32,000 nt of DNA from Candidatus Methylomirabilis oxygeniifera (lineage in GTDB: Bacteria > Methylomirabilota > Methylomirabilia > Methylomirabilales > Methylomirabilaceae). Shown piece by piece: positions 1-7,508 of this stretch; the stretch's first letter is position 1; each line of letters begins with the position of its first letter. The notes beneath the pieces are model-generated. The model made no database searches. It was not told where the DNA came from and worked only from the letters and a program-made list of their open reading frames with translations. Both the position numbers and the translations under genes were made by a program. The DNA lies in contig FP565575.1 in NCBI GenBank assembly GCA_000091165.1, forward strand, positions 2,520,001-2,552,000, given 5' to 3'.

Positions 1-955
1 AGGAGCGCGCCATAATACCGTAGACGGCCCCACGCGAGACCTTAATCACCACGCTCGGGTCCAGCAGATTGGGCGATCGTGCGAGCAGCGCCAGCGTCTT
101 GAGACCGATAAACAGTGGTAAGACGCAGGCCAGGCGCATCCGGACTTCACGCCGTGGAATCGCCAGGGTATAGGCCCAGCCCTCCTGGTAATGCTCGAGG
201 GCAAGCGCCAGCAGGGAGTACAGCAACGGCTTGACCTTCGCGATGGCTGACGGGTTGAGCAGGTCGGCAGGTTGCAGACCCAGGGCGTTCAACTCCTGCC
301 TGGGGAGGTAACAACGGCCGATGCGCAGGTCCTTCGAAAGGTCGCGCAGGACGTTGGTCATCTGAAGCCCCTTCCCGAACCGAACCCCGCGTCGCCTCAT
401 CACCTCGCGATCCCATCCGGCGAGAGAGGGGCGATGTGCCAGGTGGATATCAGTCCAAAACTCCCCCACGCACCCGGCCACATAGTAGGTGTACCGATCA
501 AGATCGGCTCGCGTCTCCAGAGAAACGAGGCGCTCCCCATCCTCTCCGGGAAAGGCGGCGAGATCCATGACCATCCCGTCCGTCAGGGTCAGAACCACAT
601 CGCGGACCATTGTCTGATCGGACGGTGTGAGGGAAAGGAGGATGGCTAACCCCTCCTCAAGGCGGGTGAGCAGCTCTCGCTCGGCCGCATCCCGCTGCCG
701 TTCCACCAGCACGTTTGTGATTGCCGAGAGTCGTTCGGGCCGTCCTTCCCGGATCACATCGCGAAAGAGTTCAAGGTGCTTCAGGCGGTCGGCGCGGCCG
801 ATGAGCGCGGTATCGGCAATCGTGTCTGCCGCTCGTGCGAGCAGATACGCAAGGCCGATCGGCCGCCGAAGATCGGCGGGAACTGCTCGAAGGGTCAGAT
901 AGAATGAGCGGCTGACGCGTTTGAGGAGCGGGCCGAGCAGGTCTTGATTGTGCAT
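1..955 (-). CDS. squalene/phytoene synthase family protein (SQS-like head-to-head prenyl diphosphate synthase), partial; C-terminus lies beyond the window start
   Basis: Absent from the ORF track because it has no in-window stop. My reverse-strand translation from ATG at 955..953 reads MHNQDLLGPLLKRVSRSFYLTLRAVPADLRRPIGLAYLLARAADTIADT...DLDRYTYYVAGCVGEFWT...GKGLQMTNVLRDLSKDLRIGRCYLP. It stays open to position 1. The SRSF, YxxxVAGxVG and NxLRDxxxD motifs are typical of squalene/phytoene synthases. Confidence 0.7.
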   Translation of the reverse strand, partial: MHNQDLLGPLLKRVSRSFYLTLRAVPADLRRPIGLAYLLARAADTIADTALIGRADRLKHLELFRDVIREGRPERLSAITNVLVERQRDAAERELLTRLEEGLAILLSLTPSDQTMVRDVVLTLTDGMVMDLAAFPGEDGERLVSLETRADLDRYTYYVAGCVGEFWTDIHLAHRPSLAGWDREVMRRRGVRFGKGLQMTNVLRDLSKDLRIGRCYLPRQELNALGLQPADLLNPSAIAKVKPLLYSLLALALEHYQEGWAYTLAIPRREVRMRLACVLPLFIGLKTLALLARSPNLLDPSVVIKVSRGAVYGIMARS

Positions 956-994
956 CACGGCGGGCGGTTCGGCCAGGCTCACCACGGGCGGGGG

Positions 995-1303
995 TTAATC
1001 CAGGTCGATGTCGCGGGTGGGCTTGGTCGCAGGTTCATCCTTCGCCTTCTTGAGCAACTCTTTGAACTTCCGCTCCAGGAGCTTCCCTTTTTCCTTCTCC
1101 GCTTCCATCGATTCCTTAAAGCGCGCCTCCCGCCGACCCGCCTCGCCCTTCAGTTCTTCAACCGCGGCCTTCAGGTCAGTGGGGAGCGTCTCCTTGGTCG
1201 GCATCTCATGGTGCAGGACGGCGCCAAGCTCACGGTCTACGGTGAGCCTCGCCTGGCAGCATGGGCAGATCACCTCGATGGCACACTTCGCCTCGTCGCT
1301 CAT
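995..1303 (-). CDS. hypothetical small protein with an N-terminal CxxxxxCPCC Cys cluster (possible Zn ribbon) and a Lys/Glu-rich coiled-coil tail
   Basis: 102-aa ORF MSDEAKCAIEVICPCCQARLTV... followed by a charged helical tail (KESMEAEKEKGKLLERKFKELLKKAK). GGGAG lies about 7 nt upstream of the ATG. The overlapping plus-strand ORFs are low complexity. No family recognised. Confidence 0.55.
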   Translation of the reverse strand: MSDEAKCAIEVICPCCQARLTVDRELGAVLHHEMPTKETLPTDLKAAVEELKGEAGRREARFKESMEAEKEKGKLLERKFKELLKKAKDEPATKPTRDIDLD

Positions 1304-1412
1304 ACTTCACTCCCGAGGGGGCGTAACCACATGAAACACTAGCACACTGCACATACCTTTGCAAAATCGGTCAGCAGGTGTGGCGGGGGGGTGGCTTCAG
1401 GCTCAAAGAGGG

Positions 1413-1754
1413 CTACTCGGCCTTGCGGCTGCGGTACAAGCGAACGTGGACCTTCTCGATGGTGGCCAGACCCTCGGTGATGTCGTCGTCGATCAGGTCA
1501 AGAAATGCCTCGAGCTTCTCGCGGCTGTCGACAATCTCCACGACGACCGGCAGATCGAGCGAGAGCCGTTCGATCTTGAACGTATGGAGTCGGCTATGGG
1601 CGCCGTATCCCATCAGCCCCCGAAGTACCGTCGCCCCGGCCAGCCCTTGTTCACGCGCCTTCAGGATGACCCACTCGTACAGCGGCTTCCCGGAATGGCG
1701 GTCGCTTTCGCCGACGAAGATCCGGAGCAGGTGGCCTTCCTGTGGGAGTGTCAT
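1413..1754 (-). CDS. DUF190 (PII-like) protein, commonly linked to CrcB fluoride channels
   Basis: ORF 1413..1808 trimmed to the internal ATG at 1754..1752 (MTLPQEGHLLRIFVGESDRHSGKPLYEWV...), which starts 4 nt after the crcB stop. The sequence resembles the DUF190 proteins found next to crcB. Confidence 0.7.
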   Translation of the reverse strand: MTLPQEGHLLRIFVGESDRHSGKPLYEWVILKAREQGLAGATVLRGLMGYGAHSRLHTFKIERLSLDLPVVVEIVDSREKLEAFLDLIDDDITEGLATIEKVHVRLYRSRKAE

Positions 1755-1758
1755 TGCT

Positions 1759-2139
1759 TCACCTCCAGATGGCGTGCGCCGTCGCCCTGCCGACCCAGAC
1801 CGCCCCAATCGCCAACACCGCGTGGGTCAGCAGATTCATGGCGGCGAACGTCCACTCGCCGTCGCGAAGCAGGTTGACGGTTTCGTTGCCGAAGGTCGAA
1901 AAGGTCGTAAACCCGCCCAGCACACCGATCACAATCAAGGCGCGCGTTTCCGGTGACAGGAAGGCGCGCGCTTCTGCCAGCTCGGACAGGCCTCCGATCA
2001 CGAAGCAGCCGATCACGTTGACCGCCAGTGTGCCAAAGGGAAAGAGTTCGCCCGTCCGATCCTGAACGTACCCACTGACCAGGTAGCGGGCGACCGAGCC
2101 CAGGAACCCTCCAATGCCTATGAGCAGGACTTTCCCCAC
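1759..2139 (-). CDS. crcB: fluoride ion channel CrcB (Fluc)
   Basis: 126-aa hydrophobic protein with the GGFTTFSTF motif and a four-TM layout typical of CrcB. GTG start at 2139..2137. Confidence 0.85.
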   Translation of the reverse strand: MGKVLLIGIGGFLGSVARYLVSGYVQDRTGELFPFGTLAVNVIGCFVIGGLSELAEARAFLSPETRALIVIGVLGGFTTFSTFGNETVNLLRDGEWTFAAMNLLTHAVLAIGAVWVGRATAHAIWR

Positions 2140-2242
2140 AATGCCTCATTTGAAGTGGTTCGACTTTTGAGTGCGCGGGCCAGCCCGACTTGTCCTACTT
2201 TCGGCAGCATCCGCGGCGACCGGCTTACCTTATACCTGATCG

Positions 2243-2776
2243 TTACGAACGACCAGCGGAGGCGTCGTAGATGGCGGCCCAACCAGCAGGGTCCTGGAAG
2301 AGGCGAATGCACTTGATCCGCCTATCCTCGGCCAGGGTGAACCAGTGACGGGTACCCGCAGGCACTGTAATCAGATCGCCTGGACCTACCATCATATCAA
2401 AGTACTGGCCGCTCCGTCCGCGGATCGTGAAGATACCGTGGCCGTCAACCACGAATCGTACCTCGTCCTCGCTATGATGGTGTTCCCGGTTGAACTTGTC
2501 GAGCAACGTCTCCAGGTCGGGGGTCTTGTCCCAGAGAACGACGATGTCGGCTGACACATACCCCCCCTCAGCCTTGAGCTTCTGCAGGTCGCCTTCAAAC
2601 GTCGCCAGAATCTCTGCCTTTTCAGCCTCGGTCAGGGCATAGTTGCCCCGTAACTCTTCTCGCAACTTCGACACATCCCAGTTGCGGTAGACGAGGCCCT
2701 CCTTCTCGAGAAACCCCGCCATCTCTGCCGGTACCTCGATGCGCCGGTTATCAGGGTGCAACTTGATTGTCGCCAT
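2243..2776 (-). CDS. mtnD: acireductone dioxygenase (ARD, 1,2-dihydroxy-3-keto-5-methylthiopentene dioxygenase)
   Basis: 177-aa cupin with EHHHSEDEVRFVVDGHG...GTRHWF, matching the ARD metal-binding pattern. It is the last gene of the mtnW-X-B-D string. Confidence 0.85.
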   Translation of the reverse strand: MATIKLHPDNRRIEVPAEMAGFLEKEGLVYRNWDVSKLREELRGNYALTEAEKAEILATFEGDLQKLKAEGGYVSADIVVLWDKTPDLETLLDKFNREHHHSEDEVRFVVDGHGIFTIRGRSGQYFDMMVGPGDLITVPAGTRHWFTLAEDRRIKCIRLFQDPAGWAAIYDASAGRS

Positions 2777-2778
2777 AT

Positions 2779-3495
2779 TCAGCCTCCCACAATACTTCCT
2801 TGTCCTGTCTCAGTCGGCTCGTAAGGACGACCCTCCCGATCATTTTTCCCTGCAGGTCCACGATCTGCTCCTATCGAACGCCACCGGACCAGGTACTCAA
2901 ACATGAACTCGAAGGCCTCGACATGCCGCTTGGCTTCGAAGGGATTCGCACCCCAGGCATACAGTCCATGGCGCCGGATGAGCGCCCCTGGCGCCCGCGG
3001 ATCGGTGATCCGTTCCATCACGGCCTCTGCCAGGGCAGATAGCTTAAAGAGATTCTCCACAACAGGAATTCGGATCTCTGCTGCCTCGCCCCAGATGTCG
3101 AGCCCCTTGAGCATCTCCAGATCAGAAAGCCTAATCTCGCCCTGCGGCGCGCACAGTTCTGCGATCAGGTTGTTCCATATGGTATGCACGTGCAGAACGC
3201 AGCCGCACCCCGTGGCCTCATAGATGCGGGCATGAACGACCGTTTCGGCCGAAGGGCATAAAGCCCCGGGCTCCACAGGCCTCAATGAGTCGTCCACGAG
3301 GAGGAAGTCGGCTGCCGTCATCGCCTCTTTATCTCGACCGCTGGCGGAAACGACCAGCAAGAGCGGCTCGCCAGGGGCGCTGACCCGAGCAGAGAGATTG
3401 CCGCTGGTTGCGGGAAACCATCCCCGACGCGCGAAGCCAGCCGTAATCTCAGCCAGGGCCGTCATGGCCTGCTTGGTGGCTTGGTGCGTCATCAT
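2779..3495 (-). CDS. mtnB: methylthioribulose-1-phosphate dehydratase (class II aldolase/adducin fold)
   Basis: 238-aa ORF with GNLSARV...SGRDK...HVHT, typical of MtnB and class II aldolases. There is a 2-nt gap to mtnD and a 1-nt overlap with mtnX. Confidence 0.8.
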   Translation of the reverse strand: MMTHQATKQAMTALAEITAGFARRGWFPATSGNLSARVSAPGEPLLLVVSASGRDKEAMTAADFLLVDDSLRPVEPGALCPSAETVVHARIYEATGCGCVLHVHTIWNNLIAELCAPQGEIRLSDLEMLKGLDIWGEAAEIRIPVVENLFKLSALAEAVMERITDPRAPGALIRRHGLYAWGANPFEAKRHVEAFEFMFEYLVRWRSIGADRGPAGKNDREGRPYEPTETGQGSIVGG

Positions 3496-4163
3496 TATCG
3501 GTACGCTTCTGCCCCTGTCCGATCAAGGACCGCCATAACATCGTAGAAGGTCTCAAACGGTTCATAGGGAATTCCCGCCTCCCGGCACTTGATGACCAAC
3601 AGATCGCGGGCGATGACCAGATCGGCCAGCCTGGCCGCTGGCAGGTCCGTGACGCCGTCCCCCACCACCACCCTACGATACCGCTCTGATGGAAAGCGCC
3701 GCATGATGCTGGGCTTGCACATCCCGCAGTCGGCCCGACACTGCTCATCGCACGCATGGGGCCAGAGGATGCGTACTGTGGGACCGCTGGAGTCACTCCC
3801 GTTACAGTAGATCTGATCCCGCGGCAGGATTCCCTCCAGGATGGGGTAGATGAAGAAGTCAACGCCTCCGCTGGTCAGCAAGAATTGGTAGTCATGGACC
3901 CGACAGTACTCCAAAAACTCATGAAACCCTGACCGTAGCGTGGCAATCCGCAGAGCGTACGCCACCATCTCCGGGACGCGAGACGAAGGAATCTGGGCAA
4001 AGAGGCGACCGACCCCATCCCGCACGCTTACCGTCCCGGCGATGATCGCGTCACGCACCGACTCCCATCCCGTCGGACCAAACGCCCGAAAGAGGGATAC
4101 GATCACCTCCTGCTCGGCAGCGGTCCCGTCGAAATCGCAGAAGATGACCGTCTGCCGACTCAT
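3495..4163 (-). CDS. mtnX: 2-hydroxy-3-keto-5-methylthiopentenyl-1-phosphate phosphatase (HAD family, Bacillus MtnX type)
   Basis: ORF 3495..4208 trimmed to ATG 4163..4161 (MSRQTVIFCDFDGT...), which forms an ATGA overlap with the mtnW stop. DFDGT, SGG.DFF.YP.LEG, YCN, W.H.C...C..CKPS and GD.VTD are collinear with B. subtilis MtnX as I remember it. Confidence 0.8.
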   Translation of the reverse strand: MSRQTVIFCDFDGTAAEQEVIVSLFRAFGPTGWESVRDAIIAGTVSVRDGVGRLFAQIPSSRVPEMVAYALRIATLRSGFHEFLEYCRVHDYQFLLTSGGVDFFIYPILEGILPRDQIYCNGSDSSGPTVRILWPHACDEQCRADCGMCKPSIMRRFPSERYRRVVVGDGVTDLPAARLADLVIARDLLVIKCREAGIPYEPFETFYDVMAVLDRTGAEAYR

Positions 4164-5422
4164 GCTACCGGAAACCCTTTGGGGATTCTGGCCTTTCCGC
4201 CACCCCACTGGTCAAGGGCCGCCCGCAGATCGCGGCTTCCTGCGGCGGCCTGTTCCAGAGGAACGCCGCCCACGCCGGCGGCGATCGCCGCACGGAAAGC
4301 TCGCCCACCCGCAGCCGCCCCGCCCGGATGACCGTGGATACCGCCTCCCGCATTAATCACGACATCAAGGCCGAAGTCGTCCATCATGTGCGGGACCAGG
4401 CCAGGATGGATCCCCGCTGACGGGACCGGGAAGGTTGGGCGGTGGGGCAGGTAGCTCTTGTCTGTGAGTCGCGAGGCTAAGCCCAAGGCCTCGGAGCGGT
4501 CCAAGGCCATCCCGCCATAAGGGGAGGGGAACAGAACCAGGTCGGCCCCGGCCAGGCGCATCAGCGTCCCCAGCAAAAGCGGCGCAGCGATGCCGTAGTC
4601 GTCGGAAGGGTAGAGCGCTCCAGCCAGCGCCGGGTGGGCTATGAGCGGTACGGTAATTTCCGGATCCTCGGCCAGCCGCTGCAGGAGGTCAAATCCGTAG
4701 GGTAGGACATTGATAAGCAGCGCATTCGCGCCAAGCCGCGCTGCTCGTCGGGCCTTTTCAGGAAGCCGATGCACCGGACCAGTCAGGTTGATCGCATACA
4801 GCACCGTCTGGCCCGTTTCTCGCCGCGCCCGCTCAGTCGCTTGCAGGCATGCCTCCAAACGCTGTTCGAAGGGGGCGTCGGTGTCGTTAAAGAAGATCTC
4901 ATCGTCCTTGATCAGGTCGACGCCGCCCAACGCCTGCTGAAAAAAGCCTTCGGCCAGCTCAGCCAGCGTAAGACCCACACACGACTTGAAGATACTCATG
5001 AGCAGCGGCCGGTTGTGAACCCCCAGCCGCTCGCGGATTCCCTCCACCCCCAGCTTCGGCCCGGGAAAGGCGGCGGCGAACGTCGGCGGCAGGGTCAGGT
5101 CCAGCAGGCGGATTTTCCCGTCCATTGAGAGCTTGCCGAATGTGGCAGTTAACAGTGACGGCAGGTCAGGTGTGAGGTTCGCAAGCGGGTAGGCGATCCG
5201 AATCAGGCCCGCGTCCACCGACACCACGCGGCCGGCGTGTCGCTGAAGAGCCGCCTGCCTCTCGACAGACAGGCCGGGCCAACTCCCGACCGTCATGCCC
5301 AGCGCGATCGTCTCCGCCTTCTTCGTCCAATCGCCTCCGCCCGCAAGGCGATAGGTCGCAATCACATAATGTTTCCAGGTGTCGTCCACGTCTGCGTATC
5401 CTCCTGGGGTACTTGAGTCCAA
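4160..5422 (-). CDS. mtnW: RuBisCO-like protein (form IV), probable 2,3-diketo-5-methylthiopentyl-1-phosphate enolase
   Basis: 420-aa RuBisCO large-subunit fold with GVDLIKDDEIF (KDDE active-site block) and a C-terminal GGGIHGHP block. Gene order is mtnW-mtnX-mtnB-mtnD. The start is uncertain: the track start at 5422 is TTG without an SD, whereas the in-frame GTG at 5389..5387 has AGGAGG 10 nt upstream. Confidence 0.8.
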   Translation of the reverse strand: MDSSTPGGYADVDDTWKHYVIATYRLAGGGDWTKKAETIALGMTVGSWPGLSVERQAALQRHAGRVVSVDAGLIRIAYPLANLTPDLPSLLTATFGKLSMDGKIRLLDLTLPPTFAAAFPGPKLGVEGIRERLGVHNRPLLMSIFKSCVGLTLAELAEGFFQQALGGVDLIKDDEIFFNDTDAPFEQRLEACLQATERARRETGQTVLYAINLTGPVHRLPEKARRAARLGANALLINVLPYGFDLLQRLAEDPEITVPLIAHPALAGALYPSDDYGIAAPLLLGTLMRLAGADLVLFPSPYGGMALDRSEALGLASRLTDKSYLPHRPTFPVPSAGIHPGLVPHMMDDFGLDVVINAGGGIHGHPGGAAAGGRAFRAAIAAGVGGVPLEQAAAGSRDLRAALDQWGGGKARIPKGFPVA

Positions 5423-5450
5423 TACACAGAGACTTCACTGCACGCGAGGG

Positions 5451-5479
5451 AGAATAGCACACGAACCTTCCGGGTTCAA
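5451..5479 (-). promoter_or_regulatory. candidate sigma70-type promoter for the mtnWXBD operon (TTGAAC-17 nt-TATTCT)
   Basis: Minus strand reads TTGAAC (5479..5474), a 17-nt spacer, then TATTCT (5456..5451), about 30-60 nt upstream of the candidate mtnW starts. The short palindrome ACCAGGCATGCTGGT lies just upstream. Confidence 0.35.
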
Positions 5480-5681
5480 TTCACCAGCATGCCTGGTATT
5501 GTCCTAATTTGACGATAGCTCCGCAGGTTCTTCAAGCTGCGATCTCTAGAAGGGGCGATTTCGGGGCTTGGGACGCAGGTTGCTCGGATTGCGCGGGCGC
5601 CGGGTTTAGACGGTTCGGTAAAGAGCTTTCTGGGCGTGGGGATCGGCCGTCATGTAGCCCAACGCCGAGTCAGCGGTAGCG

Positions 5682-5713
5682 GTAGGTCGGGTTAGCGCAG
5701 CGTAACCCGACAA
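5682..5713 (-). repeat. palindromic repeat TTGTCGGGTTACGCNGCGCTAACCCGACCTAC, copy 1 (9-bp perfect stem GTCGGGTTA/TAACCCGAC)
   Basis: The minus strand matches the plus-strand copy at 29653..29684 in 31 of 32 nt. It is nested within a larger GCCGAGT...ACTCGGC inverted repeat. Confidence 0.8.
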
Positions 5714-5822
5714 CTCGGCCACGACGAGGGGGCAGAGCTGAGCGCTATTCTGCGCAGAACGTTCTTTCTGCGTCCGCTGAATGTCTTCAACTTATGCCCG
5801 CTGAACATTCTCAGCGCTCGAG

Positions 5823-6101
5823 CTAACCAGTTGCCCGCTTGCGGGGAGTGCGTGTGAAACGAGGCGTTAGAGGCTTTGCGTAAGAGTCGACATAGGCATC
5901 AACAAGTCGGCGAATCATGCGCTGGTACTGCGTGTGGTGTTTGGCTGCCTCGGATTTGAAGAAGTCAACACTTTTCTTGCTGAGAGCAATCGTAACCTTC
6001 ACTCCTTGTTCTCGGAACGCGAGATCCGAAGGGGGGGGCAGGAAGTCTCGGATGACTTTGGCCTCGAACGGTTCATCGGTGTATTTGATTTTCGTGCTCA
6101 T
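5823..6101 (-). CDS. brnA: BrnA-type antitoxin (ribbon-helix-helix)
   Basis: ORF 5823..6134 trimmed to the internal ATG 6101..6099 (MSTKIKYTDEPFEAKVIRDFLPPPSDL...VTIALSKKSVDFFKSEAAKHHTQYQRMIRRLVDAY), typical of BrnA partners of BrnT. It overlaps the brnT 3' end by 29 nt. Confidence 0.7.
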   Translation of the reverse strand: MSTKIKYTDEPFEAKVIRDFLPPPSDLAFREQGVKVTIALSKKSVDFFKSEAAKHHTQYQRMIRRLVDAYVDSYAKPLTPRFTRTPRKRATG

Positions 6102-6363
6102 AAATAGCCTTGCCTTTCCGCCAGTAACCGGCACCGAAGATACGAATCACACCTCCGCGATAGGTAACGCGGACAGTCAGAATGCCACCCTCGACCTTAC
6201 CGAAACAGAAATAGCGCTTCTCGTTCTTACTGTGAGCAAGGTCTTCCGCGATCACACGATGAGGGTCGGCGAAAGCGTATTGAGCCAGGGAGAACGGTAC
6301 CCCATGCTCAAGCTGGTTTTCAGCATCTTTGTTGGGATCCCATTCAAACTGTACCTTTTTCAC
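6073..6363 (-). CDS. brnT: BrnT-family toxin (DUF497 ribonuclease)
   Basis: 96 aa starting MKKVQFEWDPNKDAENQLEHGVPF, matching the FEWDxxKxxxNxxKHGV signature of DUF497/BrnT. GC content is visibly lower than in flanking genes. Confidence 0.75.
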   Translation of the reverse strand: MKKVQFEWDPNKDAENQLEHGVPFSLAQYAFADPHRVIAEDLAHSKNEKRYFCFGKVEGGILTVRVTYRGGVIRIFGAGYWRKGKAIYEHENQIHR

Positions 6364-6396
6364 TGGGTAAGCTTAACACGGGATTCGGGATTACGC

Positions 6397-6419
6397 CATA
6401 TGAATATATGGCGCATGAT
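6397..6419. promoter_or_regulatory. palindrome CGCCATAT-GAAT-ATATGGCG upstream of brnT, candidate TA autoregulatory operator
   Basis: Perfect 8-bp inverted repeat about 40 nt upstream of the brnT start, in an AT-rich stretch. Confidence 0.3.
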
Positions 6420-6538
6420 ATGGTTGACTTTACTGAGGGTTCATTCCAGGCGGAATGGCGAGCTAGAACAGCGGACGCTGCCCCGCAGCCTGATGTGGAT
6501 GCCGCGTCGGACGACAGACGAGAAAGGGCTGGCTCACC

Positions 6539-7507
6539 CTACTGATAAAAGTTTCTGGGCCAGGCGTGAGCCCGCAGGGCGGCCAGTGTCTGGGGTCCAA
6601 GTGGCCGGCCGTCGGAGGCCGAGCAGTTGGTCTCCACATGCTCCGGGCGGCGCATCCCTGGGATCGCCGTCGAGACCGCCGGGTGGCTCAAACAGAACTT
6701 GAGGGCGAGCTGCGCCACTGTCTTGACCTCGCCTCCCAGCAGCGGGCGGAGCCGGTCGACCCGCTCGCACGTCTCGCGCAGCCGATCCCCGTGAAAGTAG
6801 AACGCCTGCACGGACTTCGGGGGAAAGGTTGTGCTCGGCGCGAGACCTCCGGTCAGGCCCCCTTCATCGAAAGGGACCCTGGCGATGACGCCGACGTCGT
6901 GCGCCCGGCAGAGGGGAAACAGCGCCTCTTCCGGGGATTGGTCGAAGATGTTGTAGATCACCTGGACGGTATCGACCAGGCCGGACTTGACCAGCTCCAG
7001 CGCGCTGCCCGGCTGATGGTCGATGATCGACACCCCAAAGAATCGGATCTTGCCCTGCTGCTTCAGCCGAAGCACGGCCTCCAGCCACTCCGGCTCAGCG
7101 AGCCACTCGTCACGCCAGATGTGAAGCTGCTGAAGGTCCAGATGCTCCGCGTCAAGGTTTCGCAGGCTCTGTTCCGTGCAGGTGATAATCCAGTCGGCGG
7201 GGAAGGCCTGCCGCGCTGTCGTTCCCTCCTTGGGGGGCCATTCGCGGCCCTTCGGTGGAATCTTGGTGGCAACAAAGACGCGATGTTTGGCTTCCTGAAA
7301 GGCCCTGGCGATCAGCCGCTCGCTGTGCCCATCGCCGTAGGCGTGCGCGGTATCAATGAAGGTGACGCCCAGATCCAGCGCTCGTATCAGCGCGCTGATC
7401 GAAAGCGTATCGTCGGTTTCGCCCCACCACCCTTTACCGATCCCCCAGGCCCCAAAACCGATCCCCGACACCTGAATGCCAGTGCGCCCAAGCCTACGAT
7501 GCTCCAT
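6539..7507 (-). CDS. aldo/keto reductase family oxidoreductase
   Basis: 322 aa, MEHRRLGRTGIQVSGIGFGAWGIG...FIDTAHAYGDGHSERL, the canonical AKR N-terminal and catalytic region. Confidence 0.85.
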   Translation of the reverse strand: MEHRRLGRTGIQVSGIGFGAWGIGKGWWGETDDTLSISALIRALDLGVTFIDTAHAYGDGHSERLIARAFQEAKHRVFVATKIPPKGREWPPKEGTTARQAFPADWIITCTEQSLRNLDAEHLDLQQLHIWRDEWLAEPEWLEAVLRLKQQGKIRFFGVSIIDHQPGSALELVKSGLVDTVQVIYNIFDQSPEEALFPLCRAHDVGVIARVPFDEGGLTGGLAPSTTFPPKSVQAFYFHGDRLRETCERVDRLRPLLGGEVKTVAQLALKFCLSHPAVSTAIPGMRRPEHVETNCSASDGRPLGPQTLAALRAHAWPRNFYQ

Positions 7508-7508
7508 G

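Noticed and set aside
1755-1808. N-terminal extensions implied by the longest-ORF starts in the track (1808, 4208, 6134, 12640, 26619, 29705)
   Set aside because: In each case an internal start gives the conserved N-terminus, a better SD and/or a tight junction with the upstream gene. The extensions overlap neighbouring genes or repeats.
2140-2242. Possible fluoride (crcB motif) riboswitch upstream of crcB
   Set aside because: I could not find the conserved GGNGAUG / AACNGCC / CUGAUGA blocks on the minus strand by eye. It is kept only as a check in the findings, not as a feature.
5423-5560. Possible S-box/SAM riboswitch in the mtnW leader, as in Bacillus mtn operons
   Set aside because: The best promoter candidate leaves only about 30-60 nt of leader, and none of the SAM-I/SAM-II conserved cores is visible.
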